Source: a virus (Duplodnaviria > Heunggongvirae > Uroviricota > Caudoviricetes). From it: a DNA stretch of 32,000 nucleotides. The position numbers were made by a program, and so were the translations under genes. The notes under the pieces are model-generated. The model worked only from the letters and a program-made list of their open reading frames with translations, had not been told where the DNA came from and did not search any database. Shown here one piece after another: positions 8,532 through 15,169 of the stretch (position 1 is its first letter; every line of letters starts with the position of its first letter). The DNA is taken from the IMG/VR virus record IMGVR_UViG_3300046542_000616; one strand, given 5' to 3'.

Positions 8532-8787
8532 GAAAAGTTCAATACTGCCGACGAACGGTAGCATTTCTTGTACAGAAAAATCCAATTTGTAGAGCTGTGT
8601 CGCATTTTCGACAAAGCGTCGGAAAAAAAACGCCATTTTATTGGCTTTCGTCCAAGAGGGCGCAAACACGTTCTCTGAGGCCTGCTTGATCGTCCGACAA
8701 AAAACCATCGCGATCAGCGACTTGCGAGACTCTGAGTAAAGATCATTCGAATTTAAGGAAAAACGAATGACACCCGACTTGCTCCGC

Positions 8788-8807
8788 TGTTATATAATGT
8801 ATTGACA
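8788..8807 (+). promoter_or_regulatory. candidate promoter for the 8833..9531 gene
   Basis: Extended -10 TGTTATATAAT. The adjacent AATGTATTGACA resembles the -35 region of both ssb promoters but lies too close to the ATG to act as a -35 here. Confidence 0.35.
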
Positions 8808-8832
8808 ACAAATATACGAGGGTTTTTGCATC

Positions 8833-9531
8833 ATGGCTGAAAAAATAGAAGTGTCCAAGATCGACAAAACAAGCAAGACCGGCACCTACATCGACATCGA
8901 GAAAAAGGACGGCAAGTTCTTCGCTCAGGTGACCGATGTGATCGAGGGTGAGCGTCAGCCAACCCGCCGCGCTTTCCTGGACGTGATCGGTCAGGGCGAA
9001 AAGGCCTTCATGACCATCAAGGCGCCAATGCGTGAAGTGGACGAAAACAAACAGTTCCTGACACGCGCCAAAACGAAAGACGGCAAGTTCCTCAACGCCA
9101 AGGGTGCTGAAGTGGCCACTGAGGCAGAAGCGGCTCGTGAATACGTCTATAAGACGCAGCGCGATGACGCAACCAAAGTGGTCTACGGCCAGATCGCCAC
9201 GATGAACGTGCAGAACTACAAGAGTGACAAGGTCACCTTGAACGCGTTCACCACCTTCAGCGTGAAGCTCTTCAGTGATGAAGAAGCCCTGGCGGCTGAG
9301 CGTCACGTTTACAGGCTGACTGCGGTGAGGGCCAAGGAGAAGGAAGCAGGCATTTTTGTTGAAGGTCATGACAGCGAGGAGTGCAAGGCCATCAGCGACG
9401 AGATCAAGAAGGTGCGCAAGGAAACCGGGCGCTACGAAAGCTTCTTCATCAATAAGGGCGCTGACATCCTGCGTGAGATGGGCTTCTCGATCCGTGATCG
9501 TGAGCCAAAGGCAGAGCCGACCCCGAGCTGA
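8833..9531 (+). CDS. hypothetical Lys/Glu-rich protein (232 aa)
   Basis: Plus-strand ORF ending at a plus-oriented terminator (9557-9585). The 267-aa antisense ORF is judged a shadow. Confidence 0.75.
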   Translation: MAEKIEVSKIDKTSKTGTYIDIEKKDGKFFAQVTDVIEGERQPTRRAFLDVIGQGEKAFMTIKAPMREVDENKQFLTRAKTKDGKFLNAKGAEVATEAEAAREYVYKTQRDDATKVVYGQIATMNVQNYKSDKVTLNAFTTFSVKLFSDEEALAAERHVYRLTAVRAKEKEAGIFVEGHDSEECKAISDEIKKVRKETGRYESFFINKGADILREMGFSIRDREPKAEPTPS

Positions 9532-9556
9532 TCGGCCTGGCGACACGCCTATAAAG

Positions 9557-9585
9557 AGGGGATCTGGTTCAGATTCCCTTTTTTG
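9557..9585 (+). terminator. rho-independent terminator
   Basis: GGGGATCT-ggttc-AGATTCCC (one mismatch) followed by TTTTTTG. Confidence 0.7.
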
Positions 9586-9606
9586 CAGAAAATCATTTAA
9601 AATGTA

Positions 9607-9636
9607 TTGACACTAGAGTATGCCATCCGTATACTC
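9607..9636 (+). promoter_or_regulatory. class-1 operator/promoter of ssb copy 1
   Basis: TTGACA-N17-TATACT. The palindrome GAGTAT-N9-ATACTC (9616-9636) spans the spacer and the -10. Confidence 0.75.
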
Positions 9637-9703
9637 GTAACCGTTAGCTGATGAAAACCAATCAGCGGCACCAAATCCAACGCGAGGAAACACGAACATG
9701 AAC
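9618..9703 (+). repeat. promoter/leader repeat, copy 1 (86 nt)
   Basis: By eye, identical to 10727..10813 except for one inserted base in copy 2 (GGCAC-CAAATCC versus GGCACACAAATCC). Confidence 0.9.
9647..9666 (+). promoter_or_regulatory. 5' leader hairpin of ssb copy 1
   Basis: GCTGAT-gaaaacca-ATCAGC in the roughly 56-nt leader. It is conserved in copy 2. Confidence 0.5.
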
Positions 9704-10198
9704 CGATTCATTGCCGCAGGCAACCTGGCCAAGAACGCCACCATCCACACCAACACCGCTGGTGACCGTGATTTCATGGCACTGACCATTGCCTGCAACG
9801 ACGGCAAGAACAAAGACGGCACCCCGCGTCCTGCTGAGTTCGTCGATTGCACCATCTGGGGCAAAAAAGGCCAGTTCGACAAGTCCGTCGATTACTTCTC
9901 TGTCGGTCAGCCAGTTCTGGCCATCGGCAAGTTGGTCTACCCGCCAGTGACCGACAAGAACGAAAAGGACGGCGTGGTTTACCAGAGCGCCCTGCTGGAA
10001 ATCGCCAACCAGTTCGACCTGCAACTGACCGGCAGCAAGAACGCTACCGTCGCCAATGCCGGCGATGACGCTCCACAGCGTGACGCAGGTTCTGCACAAG
10101 CCGGTGCCGCTGGTGTGCAGCAAGCGGGCAACCAGCCAGCGCCTCAGCCGGCCCCCGATTTCGACAGCTTTGATGATGACATTCCATTTTCGCGATAA
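9698..10198 (+). CDS. ssb: single-stranded DNA-binding protein
   Basis: OB-fold N-terminal pattern, a Gly/Gln/Pro/Ala-rich linker and an acidic tail FDDDIPF followed by SR. GAGGAA RBS. Confidence 0.9.
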   Translation: MNRFIAAGNLAKNATIHTNTAGDRDFMALTIACNDGKNKDGTPRPAEFVDCTIWGKKGQFDKSVDYFSVGQPVLAIGKLVYPPVTDKNEKDGVVYQSALLEIANQFDLQLTGSKNATVANAGDDAPQRDAGSAQAGAAGVQQAGNQPAPQPAPDFDSFDDDIPFSR

Positions 10199-10231
10199 GT
10201 GAAAGGCTTTTAATAACATAAAAGCATAACC

Positions 10232-10260
10232 CAACCGGCTTAGGCCGGTTGAGTTTTATT
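10232..10260 (+). terminator. rho-independent terminator after ssb
   Basis: CAACCGGC-ttag-GCCGGTTG followed by AGTTTTATT. Confidence 0.85.
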
Positions 10261-10277
10261 CGGAAATAGGTGACGAC

Positions 10278-10634
10278 GTGACGCCAATTGACCAAACCAA
10301 GACCCTAGAAGAAGGTTTAAGGGGTAATTGCCTAGCTGCTTCGGTGGCAAGTCTTTTTGATGTGTCTCTGTCGGACGTTCCCAGCTTCGAAGAGATGTCA
10401 GATAGCGACTGGAAGCCGGCGCTGGAAGGCTGGGCCCTGGGTTTTGGTAGAAAACTGGTCAAGAAGCGGCCTGGAGACTTTACGGTCGATGAGCATTACA
10501 TTGCCATTGGACTCTCTGATCGAGGCAATAAGCATGCTACGGTCGGCCTCAATGGTCGGATTGTTCATGATCCTCACTTCATGCGCCTGGGGCTGGCACA
10601 GGTCGTTTGCCTTTACACCTTCGAGCCAGTCTGA
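10278..10634 (+). CDS. hypothetical protein (118 aa) with a possible Cys/His pair
   Basis: GTG start with GGTGA upstream. GNCLAASVASLF and later HATVGLNGRIVHDPH loosely resemble a papain-fold Cys-His arrangement, which is speculative. Confidence 0.6.
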   Translation: MTPIDQTKTLEEGLRGNCLAASVASLFDVSLSDVPSFEEMSDSDWKPALEGWALGFGRKLVKKRPGDFTVDEHYIAIGLSDRGNKHATVGLNGRIVHDPHFMRLGLAQVVCLYTFEPV

Positions 10635-10715
10635 TCATGGCTTCGGTCGCAAATTGCGCCGCCCAATGCTTCGGTGTTATTTTAGTAAAATGTGTCAATT
10701 AACGTAAAATGTCGA

Positions 10716-10745
10716 TTGACAAAAGGGTATGCCATCCGTATACTC
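10716..10745 (+). promoter_or_regulatory. class-1 operator/promoter of ssb-like copy 2
   Basis: TTGACA-N17-TATACT. Palindrome GGGTAT-N9-ATACTC (10725-10745). Confidence 0.75.
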
Positions 10746-10813
10746 GTAACCGTTAGCTGATGAAAACCAATCAGCGGCACACAAATCCAACGCGAGGAAA
10801 CACGAACATGAAC
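10727..10813 (+). repeat. promoter/leader repeat, copy 2 (87 nt)
   Basis: Near-identical to 9618..9703, differing by one extra base. Confidence 0.9.
10756..10775 (+). promoter_or_regulatory. 5' leader hairpin of ssb-like copy 2
   Basis: The same GCTGAT-N8-ATCAGC hairpin as copy 1. Confidence 0.5.
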
Positions 10814-11185
10814 AAAGTACTTTTGGCAGGTCTGGTGGTAAAAGCCGGTGAAATGCGTTCCGTGAGCGACACTCAGGACGTGGTGAACTTCACCCTGCTG
10901 ACCTCCGACAGCTACACCGACAAGGAAGGTCAGCATCAGGAAAACACTCAGTTCCACGATTGCTCCCTGTTCACCGCGAAAGGCAAGGCCGGCAAGGTCA
11001 CCGAGATGCTGAACAAAGGTCGCGTCCTGGAGCTGGAAGGCAAGCTGAAGACTGGCCAGAAGCGCAAAGGCACTACTCGCGCCGGCGTTGAAAAAGAGTT
11101 CGTCAACAAGGGCATCATCGTCAACGACATCATCAAGTGGGGCTCCAAAGGTGGTGCCGCTCAGGCTGACACCGCTGCTGCATAA
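10808..11185 (+). CDS. SSB-like OB-fold protein lacking the acidic C-terminal tip
   Basis: MNKVLLAG...VVNFTLLTS...DKEGQHQENTQFHDCSLF...GRVLELEGKL follows the SSB OB-fold pattern. It ends ...AAQADTAAA with no DDDIPF. The start is set by the conserved leader, because the upstream ATG at 10760 is out of frame in copy 1. Confidence 0.8.
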   Translation: MNKVLLAGLVVKAGEMRSVSDTQDVVNFTLLTSDSYTDKEGQHQENTQFHDCSLFTAKGKAGKVTEMLNKGRVLELEGKLKTGQKRKGTTRAGVEKEFVNKGIIVNDIIKWGSKGGAAQADTAAA

Positions 11186-11209
11186 TTCGCAGTAAGCCGC
11201 TACGCCCAA

Positions 11210-11240
11210 GGGGTGATCGAAAGATCGCCCCTTCTCTATT
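11210..11240 (+). terminator. possible terminator or attenuator
   Basis: GGGGTGATC-gaaa-GATCGCCCC followed by a weak T tract (TTCTCTATT). Confidence 0.45.
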
Positions 11241-11255
11241 ACACCTGGAGATACC

Positions 11256-11408
11256 ATGAATCAAAAACAAGCACTGCCACTGGCCAAAGAGTGGCTGGAA
11301 GGCGATCTTGCTGTCCGCACCCGCATTCAGCAAAGCCTGAAAGGAACCAAGGCGCTGATGGCCCTGTTGGACGCTATCGCCACCCTGGCACCGTCTGCTC
11401 AGGCTTGA
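11256..11408 (+). CDS. small ORF (50 aa), not in the supplied track
   Basis: GGAG lies 5 nt upstream of the ATG. Translation is MNQKQALPLAKEWLEGDLAVRTRIQQSLKGTKALMALLDAIATLAPSAQA. GC-rich third positions, and it is followed by a strong terminator. Confidence 0.4.
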   Translation: MNQKQALPLAKEWLEGDLAVRTRIQQSLKGTKALMALLDAIATLAPSAQA

Positions 11409-11470
11409 TCTGTTTTAAAGGAGTTCGCCCCTTAGGTGCGCAGCCACCTGCTAGATCTTGATCACCAAGA

Positions 11471-11497
11471 AAAGGCTTTCCCGGAAAGCCTTTTTTA
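11471..11497 (+). terminator. rho-independent terminator
   Basis: AAAGGCTTTCC-c-GGAAAGCCTTT followed by TTTATT. Confidence 0.85.
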
Positions 11498-11549
11498 TTG
11501 CCTGCTAGAAAGGGTCTGTGCCCTTAAGTGCAAAGCGCTATAACGCTTA

Positions 11550-11584
11550 TCAGGATATTGACAGAATACCGTAAAGCGCTATAC
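11550..11584 (+). promoter_or_regulatory. sigma70-type promoter with a degenerate class-1 site over the -35
   Basis: TTGACA-N16-TATACT. CAGGATATTGACAGAATACCG (11550-11570) is the reverse complement of a CGGTATTCTG...-type site. Confidence 0.6.
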
Positions 11585-11690
11585 TTCACCCATAGAGGTC
11601 GAGCTGCCTGGTGGTGGCGAGACGCAAGGCATTCACCCATGAGGGGTGGATCAGGTTCACGTTGCGGTAACCACTGTGACAGAGGAAATC

Positions 11691-12017
11691 ATGATGAACA
11701 CTGCCCAGAACGAACTGACTAGCGGCATTGCGCCGGAGCACTTTCATTTACTGATGGTCGGCACCTCGATCCGAGGTAAGGAAGTGAAGCTGGCTTTAGA
11801 AGAACACCTGGTTCGCGGCACGCCAAAGAAAGAAGCGTGCGCAATGCACGGCGCGAACTTCAGTCAATTCTCGAGTCGACTGGGTGCACTCCGTGATGAA
11901 TACGACCGTACCTCGCGGATGGCTAAGTTTTACAGCCCGCTGCTTCTGTTGCTGAGTAAGCCAATCGGCGGCATTTTGAAACAGCATGCAGTAACCAGCG
12001 CCTTGCCAAGCGCTTAA
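11691..12017 (+). CDS. PapB/FaeB-family transcriptional regulator
   Basis: HFHLLMVGTSIRGKEVKLALEEHLVRGTPKKEACAMHGANFSQFSSRLGAL parallels PapB (FFLLIGISSIHS...DYLVGGHSRKEVCEKYQMNNGYFSTTLGRL). GAGGAA RBS before ATGATG. Confidence 0.7.
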   Translation: MMNTAQNELTSGIAPEHFHLLMVGTSIRGKEVKLALEEHLVRGTPKKEACAMHGANFSQFSSRLGALRDEYDRTSRMAKFYSPLLLLLSKPIGGILKQHAVTSALPSA

Positions 12018-12047
12018 AACTGTGTTCGTGGTTTTTAAGGCCTAACA

Positions 12048-12530
12048 ATGGTGTACCGAATGACATTGTCGATAGCGCAAAAGACGCAACTGATTCAGTC
12101 GTATGGTTTCCAGCTCCTGGAACGCGAGCCTGACTTAAAGGTGGATCTGGTCGGTGGGTTTATGATCAAAGACCCTAACGATACGTCAGTCGGATCCTGG
12201 GTGGTTATGGGGGATAACCAGGAAGCGCTTTTGAACACCGCCATCGAATGTCATGAGATGACGCATTACATGCATGGTGAGTGGGAGCACATCTTTGTAG
12301 AAGGTAAGTCCGCAAGAACTTGCCGGCTGTTGTTGGATACGGTCGATCAGCGCGTGCTCTGCGCCCAGGTGCAGAATGGGGAGGCCTGGGAGCCCGTGAG
12401 CCGGGATGGCGTTGAGGATATTCTGGAGAGCCTTAATCACAACGACGTCTGGTCAGACAAAGAGTTGTGGGATGATTTTGAGAAAAGTAACGAACGACCA
12501 CTCTGGGCAGAGGCTTATTTGGCTGCCTGA
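12048..12530 (+). CDS. hypothetical acidic protein (160 aa)
   Basis: Long ORF after the regulator gene, followed by a terminator. The start is uncertain between 12048 and 12060. Confidence 0.7.
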   Translation: MVYRMTLSIAQKTQLIQSYGFQLLEREPDLKVDLVGGFMIKDPNDTSVGSWVVMGDNQEALLNTAIECHEMTHYMHGEWEHIFVEGKSARTCRLLLDTVDQRVLCAQVQNGEAWEPVSRDGVEDILESLNHNDVWSDKELWDDFEKSNERPLWAEAYLAA

Positions 12531-12603
12531 CAACAAGATTTTTTCCTCGCAGAAAAAAACTTCGCTCTAAGTCAGAGCGTTCGCCTGGGTTTACTCAGTG
12601 CCT

Positions 12604-12628
12604 AGCCCCTTAACCGGGGCTTTTTTTT
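12604..12628 (+). terminator. rho-independent terminator
   Basis: AGCCCC-ttaacc-GGGGCT followed by T8. Confidence 0.85.
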
Positions 12629-12721
12629 GTCTTCAAAAAGGCACTGGCGCTTATTTTTTGATCGCCTAACAACGACTTTGCTATTTAATGTAAAAAAGCT
12701 GATTTATTTGCAATTTGATGT

Positions 12722-12750
12722 TTGACACTCTGGCAATTAACCATTATATT
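12722..12750 (+). promoter_or_regulatory. sigma70-type promoter of the MvaT-like gene
   Basis: TTGACA-N17-TATATT, preceded by an AT-rich tract. Confidence 0.7.
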
Positions 12751-12807
12751 CCTCTCACACAACAGGCACTAAGCCCTAACTAACCAACGCTGTCGAGGAT
12801 GACCACC

Positions 12808-13191
12808 ATGTCGAACACTCAAACTAAAGTACAAGAACTGCGCGCACTGGAAGCTGCTCTGGCTGAAATCACCGCCAAGCGTGACGCACTGAAACCTCAG
12901 GTTGATACTCAACTGGAAGTTTTCAAGCAAATGGCCGATCTTTGCGATTCGAAAGGCATCTCCCGCCGCGACATGGCCCTGGAACTGTGCCCAGAACTGG
13001 CTCAAGGTTTCCGTACTCAAGCCACCGGCGACAAGAAAACCCGCCGCGCTCGCATGGTGAAGATGTACAAGAACCCGAACAACGGTGAAATCATCGAAAC
13101 CAAGGGTGGCAACCACAAGGCCCTGAAAGCCTGGAAACAGCAGTACGGCGCTGATACTGTTGAAGGCTGGTTGGTAAACGCCGCCGCTTAA
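12808..13191 (+). CDS. MvaT/MvaU-family (H-NS-like) nucleoid-associated protein
   Basis: The C-terminus MYKNPNNGEIIETKGGNHKALKAWKQQYG matches the MvaT DNA-binding signature YKNPHxGExIETKGGNHKxLKxW. The N-terminus is coiled-coil-like. GAGGA RBS. Confidence 0.9.
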   Translation: MSNTQTKVQELRALEAALAEITAKRDALKPQVDTQLEVFKQMADLCDSKGISRRDMALELCPELAQGFRTQATGDKKTRRARMVKMYKNPNNGEIIETKGGNHKALKAWKQQYGADTVEGWLVNAAA

Positions 13192-13205
13192 GCATTGCTG
13201 AGCGC

Positions 13206-13232
13206 AAAGCCCCCTGATTCAGGGGGCTTTTT
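13206..13232 (+). terminator. rho-independent terminator
   Basis: AAAGCCCCCT-gattc-AGGGGGCTTT followed by TT. Confidence 0.85.
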
Positions 13233-13255
13233 AGTTTCTGGGAAAGGATCGCAAG

Positions 13256-13501
13256 GTGAATATGAAGATCATGGACATAGCCAAAACCGATGTGAAGCAA
13301 AACGCAGCCCTGATGATCGGGCTTTCGCTGCTTGTGGGTGTCCCTGATGTCGCCCTGGCAGGCGCAGCCTACCTCGCCATTGGCACCCATGGGCTGTTGG
13401 CCTATGCCGGCCTGGTGCTTACCGGTGGTATTGCGGTGGCCTGTGTGGGTGCGCTGGTGGTGTATACCGGCGAGCTGTCGAAAAGCCGGATTCCAGAATA
13501 G
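13256..13501 (+). CDS. small membrane protein (2 predicted TM segments)
   Basis: Hydrophobic stretches AALMIGLSLLVGV and LLAYAGLVLTGGIAVACVGALVV. Start is either the GTG at 13256 or the ATG at 13262. Confidence 0.6.
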   Translation: MNMKIMDIAKTDVKQNAALMIGLSLLVGVPDVALAGAAYLAIGTHGLLAYAGLVLTGGIAVACVGALVVYTGELSKSRIPE

Positions 13502-13564
13502 ACCGCCTGGTCATTTATGAGTTTATTGCTCATCGAGCAATACGCGGTACGTCAGGGGAATGCA

Positions 13565-13774
13565 ATGAACACCGATCAGGATAGCCATAACTGCCCTGAG
13601 CACCTGCAGGCGCTGGAGTTTGACGTGGTGAGATTCATCATGCACGGGGCCAAAAGCGGCCAACACCGTAAGCTGGTTACGCTCCTGGAAAGCACCCAGG
13701 AAGCGTTCCCCGGATGCAGTGAGGCGTTTATTCGTCAATGTATAGAAAAGGTTGGAGCGTCACTGTGTGAATAG
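13565..13774 (+). CDS. hypothetical protein (69 aa)
   Basis: GGGGA lies 5 nt upstream of the ATG at 13565. The track start at 13517 lacks an RBS. Confidence 0.5.
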   Translation: MNTDQDSHNCPEHLQALEFDVVRFIMHGAKSGQHRKLVTLLESTQEAFPGCSEAFIRQCIEKVGASLCE

Positions 13775-13937
13775 AGCCCTACGTCGCGCCAAGGTACTGG
13801 CCGAGAAGCGCCTGGCCGGGCAGCCCGATCCGAATGAGCCGTGCCTGGCTTGCAGCGGGTCGGGACACTACGATCACCACCGCAGTCCAGCGTGCAGTGC
13901 CTGTAACGGCTCAGGGAAGCGACATCAACCTCGTTGA
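13767..13937 (+). CDS. mini zinc-finger protein with two CxxCxGxG motifs
   Basis: CLACSGSGH and CSACNGSGK resemble the DnaJ Cys-rich repeat. The GTG start overlaps the preceding stop. GC-rich third positions. Confidence 0.45.
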   Translation: MNRALRRAKVLAEKRLAGQPDPNEPCLACSGSGHYDHHRSPACSACNGSGKRHQPR

Positions 13938-14241
13938 GAGCTCCGCTGGCTGGATTCTGGCCCTCGCAGGGCCGGCAGCACCCAAAGAGCCTGCTCTTTT
14001 ACGTCACCCCCCCCACAGGGCTGTGTGCAGCGCCTTGGCTTCTCAGCGCATCCTTTCTAGATCAACAGACTGGTTAAACGCCTCAGGTGCGTCATATGAG
14101 GAGGGGATCGACCATTTCTGGCTTCGCCAGGCTGGACGCTTAAATCAACAACGACAAACCCGAGCCCAAGCGCTGTTTCGTGCGAGAGCAGGCTAGCTCG
14201 CGTTCAGTCGCCACGGTTGACCCTGCCTGGCTCGCAGGCAC

Positions 14242-14268
14242 AAAAAAACCCGCTGGTTAGGCGGGCTT
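14242..14268 (-). terminator. rho-independent terminator of operon A
   Basis: On the minus strand: CCCGC-ctaacca-GCGGG followed by T7. Confidence 0.75.
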
Positions 14269-14285
14269 GGGGGTGCAACGCTGAA

Positions 14286-14591
14286 TCAGTGAACGCTATT
14301 GCCTTGCGGCATGCCCAGCTCCTGGGTCGCGTACTGGAACATCTCGACCGCTTCGTCGTAGAGGTTTTTTGAGTACAAAAACGGCGCATTATGCGTTGGG
14401 CCGCCTTCGGCAAAGAAACGATTCAAGCCAGATAACTTGCTGGTGTCGACCACGGGCCGTTTCATGTAGCAGCGAACAAAGCCGAAATTGAATGGCTCGA
14501 ACTTGGCGTTATCAAAGGCCATGTGGCGCATGATCCGCTCGATTGAGCCGCGTGGAGGTTGCACGGAGGTTTGAGAGCTGGGCTGCTGCAT
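14286..14591 (-). CDS. hypothetical protein (101 aa)
   Basis: GGAG lies 7 nt upstream of the ATG at 14591 (MQQPSSQ...). Confidence 0.65.
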   Translation of the reverse strand: MQQPSSQTSVQPPRGSIERIMRHMAFDNAKFEPFNFGFVRCYMKRPVVDTSKLSGLNRFFAEGGPTHNAPFLYSKNLYDEAVEMFQYATQELGMPQGNSVH

Positions 14592-14636
14592 GTTGAACTC
14601 CAAGATGCCGAGAGCCCCGGCACCGTCGATAATTTG

Positions 14637-14960
14637 TTAAGTATTGGAGAGGATAACGATAAAAGGCTCGCCAGAGAATGGGCCAGCACCAAAATGAGCT
14701 TTGAGGCGATCAACAACCATTTCGTGACCGGGCATATCAGAATCAGACCCGTCACCGCACAATGATGGATCTACGAATATTGCCACGTCGGCAGCATCGT
14801 CCTCGGCGGGGGCTCCAGCGCCGCGTTGGTGCCAGGTCATGGCCTTGGAGGACTCCAGCCAGGCTTGGAATTCGGTATTGGCAAACAACTCGGCAACGTG
14901 AAGCTTAATGGCCTTGCAGGGCGTGAGTGCTGCGCTCTGGATGCAGTCGATCTGATTCAT
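14637..14960 (-). CDS. hypothetical acidic protein (107 aa)
   Basis: GGTGGA lies 4 nt upstream of the ATG at 14960 (MNQIDCIQ...). First gene after class-2 promoter A. Confidence 0.7.
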   Translation of the reverse strand: MNQIDCIQSAALTPCKAIKLHVAELFANTEFQAWLESSKAMTWHQRGAGAPAEDDAADVAIFVDPSLCGDGSDSDMPGHEMVVDRLKAHFGAGPFSGEPFIVILSNT

Positions 14961-15041
14961 GATTTCCACCTTCTTCAGTGCGGCGGTTAAGATCTCGAGA
15001 GAGATTCTGGCCAGCCTTGGCGTGTTGGTTTATAGTGCAAA

Positions 15042-15070
15042 TTATAGGTCAGTTGATCTGACCTGGCAAT
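15042..15070 (-). promoter_or_regulatory. class-2 operator/promoter A
   Basis: On the minus strand: TTGCCA-N17-TATAAT. The spacer is filled by AGGTCAG-N5-CTGACCT. Confidence 0.8.
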
Positions 15071-15125
15071 ATGCAACTAATTTAATTTGCGGTAAATTGC
15101 AAAACCATTCCAGTGAAGGCCGGGC

Positions 15126-15155
15126 ACAAAAAAGCCGCTCGGGGTGAGCGGCTTT
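15126..15155 (-). terminator. rho-independent terminator of operon B
   Basis: On the minus strand: AAGCCGCTC-acccc-GAGCGGCTT followed by TTTTGTG. Confidence 0.85.
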
Positions 15156-15169
15156 GCTGAACTGTCAGG

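Noticed and set aside
8743-9546. 267-aa minus-strand ORF opposite the 8833-9531 gene.
   Set aside because: It has no RBS or promoter context and an odd Leu/His/Val-rich composition. The terminator at 9557-9585 is oriented for the plus strand, so the plus-strand ORF is preferred.
9662-11257. Long minus-strand ORFs (9662-10234, 10682-11257) opposite both ssb genes.
   Set aside because: These are shadows of recognisable SSB OB-fold genes, and they would run through the duplicated promoters.
13834-14196. 120-aa plus-strand ORF.
   Set aside because: Its first third overlaps the zinc-finger ORF in another frame. The remainder has mixed codon usage (tta, aga, caa runs) and no RBS.
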